A stretch of DNA of 64,000 nt from the human T2T-CHM13v2.0 reference genome, Homo sapiens. Both the position numbers and the translations under genes were made by a program. Positions 28,817 through 39,460 of the stretch are shown in pieces. The DNA lies in assembly GCF_009914755.1 (NCBI RefSeq), contig NC_060932.1; one strand, written 5' to 3'. Numbering within the stretch: position 1 is the first letter of the stretch; each line of letters opens with the position of its first letter. The notes below the pieces were generated by a model. The model ran no database searches. It saw nothing but the letters and a program-made list of their open reading frames with translations, and was not told where the DNA came from.

Positions 28817-31800
28817 TTGAGGGTTATTATGGTAGAAAAGGCCCAATGGAAGCTACTAGAGCTGCTTCTATCGAGGAAAACAGTAAATCAAAAGAAAAAC
28901 TCTATCCCTGGGGAGATTACAGAGACTAGTGACATCTTCAAGGATCTGAAAGATGCAAGAGTGGTGATTCCCACTACATCTCCATTCAACACTCCTATCT
29001 TGCCTGTGCAGAAGACAGATGGATCTTGGAGAATGACAGTGAATTATCATAAGCTTACCAGTCATAACTTCAATTACAGCTACTGTAATAAATGTGGTTT
29101 CATTGCTTGAGCAAATTAATGCATTCCCTACTATTTGGTATCCAGCGATTGATCTGGCTAATGCTCCACCTCCCACCCTCATCTGTCAATAAGTACCTCC
29201 AGAAGCAGTTTTCTTTCAGCTGGCAAGGCCAGCAATGCACCTTCACAGTCCTATCCTAGTTGTATAACAACTCTCCAGCCCTATGACATAATTTAGTCTC
29301 TACAGGGATCTTGATCACCTTTCCCTTCCACAAGGTATCACAGTGGTCCAATGCATTGATGACATTATGCTAATTGGGCCTCGTGAGTGAGAAGTAGCAA
29401 CTACTCTACATTTATTGGTAAAATATTTGTGTGTCAGAGGATAGGACAACTTTTATCAAAAAAATATTCAGAGTCTTTCTACCTCAGTGAAATATCTGGG
29501 GGTCTAATGGTGTGGGACATGTTGTGATAACCTTTCTAATGTGAAGGATAAGTTGTTGCATCTGCCCCCACCTCCCATAACCAAAAAAAGAGGAACAACA
29601 CCTAGTGGGCTTCTTTGGATTTGGGAGGCAATGCATGCCTTATTTGGGTGTGTTACTCCAAACCATATATGGAATGACTTGAAAAGCTGCTGATTTTGAG
29701 TAAGACCTGGAACAAGAAAAGGCTCCATAACAGATCCAAGCTGCTGTGAAATCTCTTCTATCACTTAGGCCATATGATCCAGCCTATCCAATGGTTCTAT
29801 CACTTAGGCCACATGATCCAGCCTATCCAATGGTAGATTGTCAGTGGTAGATAGGAATGCTGTTTGGAGACTTTAGCAAGCCTCTATAGGTTAATTGAAC
29901 TCTAGGCCCTTAGGATTTTGGAGCAACACTTTGCCATCCTTTAAAGTTAACTACTTCCCTTTTGAGAAACAGCTCTTGGACTGTTATTAAGTAGAACTGA
30001 AAACTTAACCATGGCCACCAAGTTACCATGAGGCCTGAGCCTGTCATGAACTGCATGTCATCTCACCCAGCAAATCATAAAATTTGGCATGCACTGCAGC
30101 ACTTTATTATTAAATGAAAGTGGTATATACAAGAACAGGTCTGAGCAGGCCCTGAAGGGACAAGTAAGTTACATGAAATAGGGACCCAAGTAAGTTACAT
30201 GAAATGGCCCCCACTCCTGTTATACTATGCTCTCTCTCCCAGCCTGCATCTATGATTTCACAGGAGTTTCATCATGATAAATAATCAGTTTATAGAGGAA
30301 TAGAAGTCTTGGGTTTATAGGTGATTCCAAACACTATGCAGGCACCATCTAAAAGTGGACAGGGGCAGCACTAAAGCCTATTTCTGGGCTATCACTGATG
30401 AATAGTAATGAAGAAAAATCCCCTCCAGTGGGCAGGGCACTAAGTGAACTTCAAGCACTACACTTAGTTGTCCATTTTGCATGGAAAGAGAAATGAGAAG
30501 ATATTTGATTATACACCAACTCATGGGCATGTTCAATGGTTTCTTTGGATGATCAAGGACTTGGAGAAAACATAATTGGTGACAAGTAAGTCTGGGGAAG
30601 AGGTATATTGATAGGCTTATCTAAATGGGTAAAAAAACAAAGATATTTGTTTTCCATGTGAATAAGTAACAAAGGGTGGCGTCCACAGAACAGAATTTCA
30701 TTAATCAAGTGGATAGAATGGCCCAGTTTTAAATACCAGTTAGCCTCTTTTCTCAGCCACCTCTGTCATCACCCAAATGGGCTCACGATGAAACTGCCTT
30801 TGCAAAATTATGACAGAGACAGAGAAAGAGATCTAATTTAACCGACTCCATCTTGCTTCTAACCTCCAAGCTGTCCTTGTTCATTCCTGGGTATAGGATG
30901 AACTAACTTTGGAAGAAACTATTATAGTTTATAGTTTAAAACAAAGAAGATAATAGCCCATTCCTAAGGCAGACCTCCTTCTTGCCTGGAGACTAGATTG
31001 CTTTTGTAGGACTAACATTAGCAACAAGATTAGAAATTATGGTTTAGGAGTCATGCAGCTGGAGACTACAAGATTCTGACCCTCCCTAAACTGCTCCTAA
31101 GACCAGTGCTTGAGATATTTTGCAGACCCTGTACTTGATGGGTCAGCTGGCACCACCCAGATCGAAAAACTGGCTCATTGAATCTTGTGACCCCCACCCA
31201 GGAACTGACTCAGCACAAGAAGACAGATTTGACTCATTATTTCATCCCTGACCAATCAGCACTCCTGGCCTACTGGCATCCCCCACCCACCAAGTTGTCT
31301 TTAAAAACTCTGCTCCCCGTATGCTGGGGGAGACTGATTTGTGTAATAATAAAATTCCAGTCTCCCACACAGCCGGCTCTGCATGAATTACTCTTTCTCT
31401 ATTGCAATTCTCCTGTCTTGAGAAATCGGCTCTGTCTAGGCAGCAGGCAAGGTAACCACTGGGTGGTTACAATGAATGAAATGGTCATGGTGGCAAGGAT
31501 GGAGATTATGTCTGGGCTCAGCAACATGGACTTCCACTCTCAAGGCTGACCTGGCTACTGCTACTCTAGATGCCCAGTCTACCAATAGTAGAGATGAAGA
31601 TTGAGTCCTTTCTGGGGTGATAAGCCTGCTACGTAGTAGCAGGTTGATTAGATTTGACCACTCCTATATGGGATATGCAGCATTTTGTTCTTATTGGAAT
31701 AGATATGTACTCTGGATGTGAATTTGCTTCCCATGCATGCAATGCTTTTGCCAAAACTATCATCCATGGACTTATGGAATGCCCTATCCAAAATCGTAAT

Positions 31801-32150
31801 TCCACACAGCATTGCTTCTGATCAGTGAACTCATTTCACAGCCAAAAAAATGCAGCAATGGGATCATGCTTATGGAAGACACCAGTCTTATTACGTTCTA
31901 CATCATTCTGAAGCAGCTGACTTGATAGAATGGTGGAATGGCCTTTTGAAGACTGAGTTACAGCACCAGCTACATGGCAATACCTTCCCAGGAAGAGGAA
32001 AGGTTCTTCAGAAGGCTGCATATGCTCCAAATCAGCATTCAATATGTGGTGCTCTTTCTCCTATAGCTAAGATTCATGGATCTGTGAGTTGGGGAGTGGA
32101 GATAAGGGTGGAACCACTCCCTATGTTCTCTATGACACGTTAGCAAAAAT
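28817..32150 (+). pseudogene. pol: ERVL pol relic (RT, RNase H, integrase), split by LTR8
   Basis: [26 protein letters not shown] (RT start); CIDDIML at 29352-29372 (decayed YIDD); IASDQ*THFT and HHSEAADLIEWWNGLLK (integrase core). Confidence 0.88.
30789..31471 (+). mobile_element. LTR8 (ERV1) solo LTR nested in ERVL pol
   Basis: Starts tgaaactgcctttgcaaaattatgac, contains gactccatcttgcttctaacctccaagctgtccttgttcattcctggg, ends gggtggttaca; AATAAA at about 31347. 4-bp TSD acga/atga. Confidence 0.9.
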
Positions 32151-32169
32151 TTTGTTTCCTATTCCCATG

Positions 32170-32470
32170 AACTTATGCTGGCTTAGAGGTCTTGTTCTAA
32201 AGGAGACTGCTTCTGCTAGAAGACAAAACAATGATTGCATTGACCTGGAAGTTTAGACTGCTGTTCAGCCACTTTGGACTCCTTATGTCTCTGAGTCACT
32301 AGATAATGAATGGAGTTACTGAGCTGGTTCGAGTGATTGAGCCTAACTACTGAGTGGAAGTTGGCCTGCTATTTCACAATGGAGTTAAGGGAGAATGTAG
32401 TTGAAATACAAGAGATTTCCTGGGGTGTCTGTAAGTATTATCATACCCTGTGATTAAACTCAATGGAAAA
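32170..32470 (+). pseudogene. dut: ERVL dUTPase relic
   Basis: gagtgattgagcctaactactgagtggaagttggc is a decayed GVIDPDYQGEIG (motif III); it lies after integrase, as expected for ERVL. Confidence 0.7.
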
Positions 32471-32709
32471 CTACAACAACCCAATCCAGGCAGGTTGACA
32501 AATGGCCCAGATCCTTCAGGAATACAGACTTGGGTTATCCTGCCAGATAAAGAACCATAGCCAACTGAGGACCTTGATGAATGCAGAGAGAATACAGAAT
32601 TGTGATGGACGAAGATAGTTATAAATACCCATTATGACCACATGATGGGTAACAGATATAAAGATTAATATTCTTGAGTATTTCCTATTTGTTTTGTTAT
32701 CAATATGTT

Positions 32710-33186
32710 TGTGAGGGCTAATTTTAAAATGTCAACTTGATTGGGCCATTGGGTGCACAGACAGTTCGTCAAATATTATTCTGGGTGTGTCTGTGAGGGT
32801 GTTTCTGGATATAATTAATATTTAAATCAGTAGACTGAGTAAAGCAGATTGCTGTCCCTAATGTGGGTAAGCCTCCTTCAATTACTTGAAGATATCAGTA
32901 GAACAAAAAGGCAAAGTAAAAAGAAATTTCCCCTGTGTGACTTCTTGAGCTGAGACACCAGTCTTCTCTTGCTGTTGGACTAGAACTTAAACCATCAGCT
33001 CTCCTGCTTCTCACATCTTCAAACTCAGACTAGAACTTGCACTATTAGCTCTCCTGGTTTTCAGATCTTTGGATTTGGACTGGAACTACTACATCACTAG
33101 CTCTCCTGAATCTCCAGATTGCTGACTATACATTTTGGGACTGCTCAGCCTCCATAACTGTATGAGCCAATTCCTTATAATAAATC

Positions 33187-33230
<44 letters not shown>

Positions 33231-33418
33231 CCTATCATCTATGTATGTATGTATGTATGTATGTATGTATGTATGTATCTATCATCTATCTATCTATTTA
33301 TCTATCTAGCTATCATCTATCTACATCTCTAGCTTTTTGATAGAAAAGATAGATGATAGATAAATAGATAGATTATATGTATAATATTGGTTCTATTTCT
33401 CTGGAAAACCTTAATATA
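32710..33418 (+). mobile_element. MLT2C/D-like 3' LTR with a 50-bp internal tandem repeat and a compound microsatellite
   Basis: Starts tgtgagggctaatttt...tgtcaacttgattgggcc; ends tattggttctatttctctggaaaaccttaatata. Confidence 0.9.
33187..33373 (+). repeat. Compound tetranucleotide STR (TCTA)n(TGTA)n(TCTA)n...(GATA)n
   Basis: Direct reading. Confidence 0.95.
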
Positions 33419-33539
33419 GCATCTATTTTCGGGGTTTTATTTACCTCCTAAGAACCATTGTATGTTTTCTTCCCTAAGATTTTAAAAAAGATAAATTTTA
33501 GGGAGCATATTGCCTACATTTATAAAAGAAACTTTCAGC

Positions 33540-33868
33540 TTCCTTTGTAATACTAGTTGACCAAGTTACTGTGATTGATATGTGAATGAAGGTACTATGT
33601 AGAACTTCTGAGAACCTTGAGATAGCTGGCACTCTAGCAGCCATCTTATGGCAGGGTAATCAAGGCTATAACCTAGAGTTTGCAGAGAGATGGACTGGAA
33701 GATAACTTGGTCCCTGATGCTGATGTCTTCATGGAGCTATGAAACCAATCTAAGCACCCTACTTAAGTATTTATTTCACTTCAGAAAAAAATTCTAGTCA
33801 TGCTTAAGTCACTGTTTTGAGGGGGTCTATATTACTTTTATCACTGAATCAGCATCTGAGAAAATGCA
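33540..33868 (+). mobile_element. Old MaLR LTR (MLT1J-like)
   Basis: ctagcagccatcttatg, ttggtccctgatg, gcttaagtcactgttttg. Confidence 0.55.
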
Positions 33869-34413
33869 TCCAATACTCTTGTCTTATTTCTAGTAAAAAA
33901 AGCTTTTGACTAGTTAAAGGTTAAGTAGCAAAAGGGCAGTTTTTACTGATTTTACTCAAAGTTCAAGACTTTTCATATAATTCTTCATTTAGTCCTTGTT
34001 GGGTAGCAGCACACTGTATTTAGTTTTGTATTGATTCTTAATAGACAAAGTGAAGCTTTGTCTATTAAGGAGTAAAATGGGGGAGGTCGTAAAGGGGTAG
34101 AATGAGAGAGACAATGAGAAACTTTCATCAGGTGAATTAAGATAAAATGAAGTCCAATTTTCTTATCTTAAAAGGTCTCCTGAAAATAAAAAAAAAATGG
34201 TCCCTGGCAGTAAGTTTTAGATTAACAAGATGCAAAAATCAATATTGCATCTAAGTTTGAAAATTGGGCAACGTGAGGGATTTGTCTTTTCCTCAGTGTT
34301 CATGTAATCAAGATTTTCTTTGGTTACTGTACTTATTTTATATAAATGACATCCACTTTTGTAAGCTTTATGTATGTTATACTTTGATTATCTTAAGAAC
34401 TCTGAGAATTAAG

Positions 34414-36132
34414 AATTGATTTTCCACAAAGGTGCCAAGAACATACATTGGGGAAAAGACAGCCTTTGAATAAATGGTTCTGGGAAAACAGGATATCCAT
34501 ATGCAAAAGAATAAAACTAGATCTCGTCTTTGAACATATACACAAATCAGCTCAAAATGGATTAAATATTTAAATGTAAGACCTTATACTATGACACTAC
34601 TAAAGAAAACTTTGGGGAAGTACTAAGGACATTGGTCTGGACACAGATATTTTTGGGAAGACCTCAAAAAGCACAGACAACAAAAGCAAAAACAGGCAAA
34701 TGGAATTACATCAAGGTAAAAGCCTTCTTCACAGCAAAGGAGACACCATTTAAAAAGTGAAGAGATAACCTACAGAATGGGAGAAAATATTTGCAAACCA
34801 TCCATTCAGCAAGGGATTAATAACCAGAATAATAAGGGACTGAAACAACTCAATAACAAATAATCCAATTAAAAAATGGACAAAAGACCTGAATAGACAT
34901 TTCTCACAAGAAGATACACAAATGGCCAACAGATATATTTAAAAATGCTCAAGTCACTAATCATCAAGGAAATGCAAATCAAAAACACAATTAGTTATCA
35001 TCTCATCCCAGTTAGAAGACCTATTACCAAAAACACAAAAAATAACAAATGCCAGTGAGGATGCAGAGAAAGGGAATGTTGATGCACCACTGGTGAAAAT
35101 GTAAAGTAGTGCAGCCAGTATGAAAAGAACTGTGGAGGTTCCTCAAAGAAACTAAAAATATGATCCAGCAGTTCTGCTTCTAGGTATATATCCAAAGGAA
35201 AGAAAATTAGTATATCAAAGAGATATTTGCACTCCCATGTTTACTGAGCACTATTCACAATAGCCAAAATATGAAATCAACCTGAGGGTCCATCAACAGA
35301 TAAATGGATAAAGAAAACATGGTGTGTGTGTTTGTGTGTGTGTATGTGTACATATATATATATAAAAAATACACATGTGTATTATATATATACATATGTG
35401 TATTTTATATATACACATGTGTATTATATATATACACAACTCAACTGTAGAAAACTCAATATATATGAATATATATAAAATCAATATATAATATATAAAA
35501 TCAATGTAGTATATATGATATATATAAAATCAATATATATAAAAATTAACTCAATATATATATCATATACATATACACACATATGATGAAATATTATTTG
35601 GCCATAAGAAAAATGGAATCCTGTCATTTGTAGCAACATGGAGGGAGGTCATTAGAGGTCATTATGTTAAGTGAGATAAGCCAGGGAAAGAAAGACAAAT
35701 ATTGCATGTTCTCATTAGTGCATGTTCTCATTATATATGGGAGCTAAAAAAGTGGATCTCTTGAAGGTAGTGAGTAGGATGATGGTTACCAGAGGCTAGG
35801 AAGGGAAGGTGAGTAGGGAAGTAATAAAGAGAAGTTAATGGTAAAAATGCAAAATTAGAAGATGTGAGTTCTACCCTTAGAGATGGAGATTTAGTTTAAT
35901 TCTTCTTCATATAGATATTTAATAGTACAATAAGGATATTACAGGTAAAAATAATTTGTTATATATTCAAAACAGCTAGAAGAGAAGAATTGTAATGTTC
36001 TCAACACACACACAAAAAATGAGGTAATGGGTATCCTAATTATCCTGATTTGATCATTAAACATTATACACATGTATGAAAATATCACATGTACCTCCAA
36101 AATATGTACAACTATGATATATCAATAAAAAA
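34414..36132 (+). mobile_element. 5'-truncated L1MA (approx. L1MA2-4)
   Basis: caaaggtgccaagaacatacattggggaaa, gaatgggagaaaatatttgcaaac, gatatttgcactcccatgttt; ends atatgtacaactatgatatatcaataaaaaa. Confidence 0.9.
35322..35584 (+). repeat. (TG)n/(TA)n-rich low-complexity expansion inside L1MA
   Basis: Direct reading; repeated tacacatgtgtattatatata and atataaaatcaat units. Confidence 0.85.
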
Positions 36133-36439
36133 CAATTTATTGTCCCAGTCTTATCAATGTCTTGAAACTAATTTGCTAAGATCTAAAATGCATTGATTGC
36201 ATATCCATTACAAAAGTTAGAACTGGACAATAAATATTAAAACCATTCTGAACATGTTATATGTATGTTAATTGTGAGATTGAATTTAAAGATGCTGCTT
36301 TTATTATTTAGTAAACTTTTTTGTAATTAACTATTTCTTGAGTATCTCCAGTATGCTGGATGCTGTTAAAGCAATTAAAAAAACAGACAATATTGTTAGC
36401 CTATATACCATGCATCGTTTATTTTCTTTTGAGTGACTT

Positions 36440-37640
36440 TTTTTTCTAACTTTTTATTTTGAAGTAATTATCGATTCACAGAAAGTTGCAAAGAAGGCTA
36501 CAGGGAGGTCCCATGCATGCAGACCCCCTAGTAAGGAAGACTTAGCAGCCTCCCCTATTGTTAAATTAGCATCTTGCCTATGTATAGCACAATACCAAAA
36601 CAAGAAAACTGACATTGGTAAAACTACAGAACTTATTCATAATTCACAGGTATAGATACAGTGATTATTATAAATGTATATATTTCTTTGAAATTTTATC
36701 ACGTGTAGCTTCATGTAACTTACCGTATTTAAGATAGAGACTGTCCTATCATCAAATGGCTCCTTCGTTCTACCCAACTTTAGCCATCCTTACACACACC
36801 CATCTTAACCCCTGATAACCACTAACCTGTTTTCCATTTCTATGGTCTTGGCATTTCGAGAATGTTACGTAAATGAAATCATTCACTAGGTAATCATTGT
36901 AGGTTGGCTTTTTCCACTGAGGATAATTGCTCTGAGGTTCATCCAAGTTGTTTTATGTATCAGTAGTCTGTTCCTTTATATTTCTAAGTGGCATTCTGTG
37001 GTTTGGTTGTATCACAGCTTGTATAGCCATTCACCTGTGAAATGAAATCTGGATTATTTCCAGGTCTTGGATATTAAATATAAAACTGCTATGAGGATTC
37101 ATGTACAAGTTTCTGTGTGAACATAAATGTCATTTCTCTGGGATAAATTCCTAAGAGTGCAATTTTTGGGTCTTATTTTAGGTCATTTTTTGTTTTAAAA
37201 GAAACTGACAAACTGTTTTCCAGAGTGGCTGTATCATTTTACATTCTATATATGAGTGATTTAATGTCTCTGCTTTGCCAGCATTGGGAGTTTTCACAAG
37301 CATTTATTTTCGTCATTAATATAGGTGTGTAGTACTATCTCATTTTAGTTTTAATTTGCGTTTCCCTGATGGCTAATGATATAGAAAATCCTTTTATGTG
37401 CTTATTTGCCATCTGTATATCTTTTTAAGTGAAACATCTGTCATGTATTTTTCTCATTTTCTAATTTAATGTGTGTTGTTGTTTACATGGTTTAAAGCCT
37501 TCTTTTTATATTCTAAATATGTGTTAGATGTATGATTTACAAATATTTATTATCTCCCAATCTGTAATTTACCTTCTCTTTTCATGGTGTTTCTAAAGAA
37601 CAAAGGTTTTTAAAATTCATTTCAATGAAGTCAATTTATA
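36440..37640 (-). mobile_element. L1M (L1MC/MD-like) 3' region
   Basis: ttttgaagtaattatcgattcacagaaagttgcaaag, aaactgacattggt, ctgttttccagagtggctgtatc, tttccctgatggctaatgat. Confidence 0.75.
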
Positions 37641-39239
37641 CTCTTAATTAGCTGCTAATTTAATAAGATTGACTTGGGTATTTCTTATATAGTTTAGTGA
37701 GAAACTTATACTGTACTTACTATTTCATCAGATTGCTTTTTCAGCAATATTTCTATTATAGAATGAGCAAAAATTATATTCATTAAAAGAAACAATTTTG
37801 GCTGTATCATAACTTCTCTTAGAAAATATGCCACCCTTTCTATATCACTTTTCAATAACACTTATATTTTAATCCTTGGAAATTCCAGTTTTTACACGTG
37901 GGAAGTATTAAAACATTGTTTTGTTTTCTAAAATAGAATGATTGTCATTGATTTTGTTGCCCTTTGGTTTTGCCTCACCTATCAGTATTGGTAACTTGTG
38001 TACTACTGAAGTATTTTACTATTAACTCATAGTTAATATCTAAAAACCCTCAGGCCATTGAAGATAAATTATGTAAAACTCACTTGTATGTCCTGAAAAA
38101 TGTCATACCAAAGCTAATGGTCTGTAGTTTGATTTGTGCTTCATTTAACAAACATATATTGAAGGCCACAAAGGGCCAGATACTGTTTTAGGACCCAGTG
38201 AACATATTGGTATTACACACAGATAATAAAAATGGTTTGCAAAATATAATTTGAAGCATATTTTTAAATAAATTTAAATGGAATGCATCAATAGATACTA
38301 AGTTCTGCTGTTGGCTTAATCTGTAAATGATATACTATTACGGACAACTTCAGGTTTTATTTTTAATTACCTAGGTTACATGTCTGTCTCCATATAAGCT
38401 CCAGCATTTTCTAAGGTATTTATTTAGAGATTTTGTTATTTTGTTTTCAGAGATGCATTTGCACTGAGTCATGATTTTTTCCCTAATGTGTTTATTACTA
38501 TTCTTCAGAGCAAGTATGTATTAATATGATACCAAAAAGTAAGCTACTAATTTTAGGGATCCCCTCATCTGGCTGAGACGTCATCAGAGGAAGCCAAAGG
38601 GTAATATAATGATCACCTGTAGGCAACTTCACAATATTCTGAAATCATTTCTGGTAATATGATATGATATGTATTATATTGTCCTTACTGGAAAAATACT
38701 ACTTCATGAAAGAATGACGTAATGCAAAAAGTGACACTTATGGTCAGAAAAACATTCTTCTAGTATCACCTCGTTGCTCTCCTCTTAAAATAATAAAGAA
38801 AACTACAGGAATCAAAGGTTTCTACATTTCTTTGACAGGTCAATTTCCTCAACACACAAGTCTGATTTTTAAAATATGTAATAAAATAATGCCTTGCACC
38901 AAATATCTTTCCTTCTTCAGATTCATCAAATGAACATTTTCCAGCATGTATAACCAAACCTGCAGTGCCCTTTGCCGTAAGCAAATGTGTTTGGTCAATG
39001 TTTCCTGTTTTCCCCAAAAGCGTGTAGAGTTCTGAGAAGGCTTGTAGCCAAGAACTTTATCTTTTACCTAAAGTTTCTTAAACTTGTAAGAAGACTTAAT
39101 TTTCCTTTAGACGGAAAAATTTCAGTTTCAAATTATGTATTAACAGAATGTGTTGTTTTTCCAGTATCTACATCAATATGGTGAGTAATGATGTATTTAT
39201 TTTCACATATTTGCCATAGAAAATGTAATAATACTGGAA

Positions 39240-39460
39240 TATAAACAGCTCAAATTTGCTGTGTGCCAAGGATTACGTCAAGTGCTTTTTAAATATAATG
39301 TTAGTAAGTGTTCATACCAATTTTATGTCATAGGTGTTCTTAAAATCCCCATTTCATGTTATTGGAACTGTAGCTCAGCATGTTAGGCTCCTTGATTAAA
39401 GTTATACAGTTCATAAATGTAAACTCAAACCAGAGTAATCTGATTCTAGGCAAAGTACAA
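39240..39460 (-). mobile_element. MIR
   Basis: ctgtgtgccaagg...atccccatttcatg...gaactgtagctcag...aactcaaacc. Confidence 0.55.

Larger units (their letters stand above)
26864..33418 (+). mobile_element. Decayed ERVL provirus (HERV-L/ERVL-B4 type) with MLT2C/D-like LTRs
   Basis: Two related LTRs flank gag, pol (RT, RNase H, IN) and dUTPase relics; no env. Nested AluS and LTR8. Confidence 0.92.

Noticed and set aside
32978-33110. Regularly spaced repeat resembling a CRISPR-like array
   Set aside because: The units are similar along their full 50 bp with no unique spacers, lie inside an MLT2 LTR, and the DNA is eukaryotic with no cas genes.
38545-38606. Possible 44-nt micro-exon (ttttag|ggatcccc...aaagg|gtaata)
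   Set aside because: Weak polypyrimidine tract and donor; no supporting neighbouring exons.
39019-39034. 16-mer agcgtgtagagttctg repeated at 63939-63954
   Set aside because: About one such match is expected by chance among all position pairs in 64 kb; flanks are otherwise unrelated.
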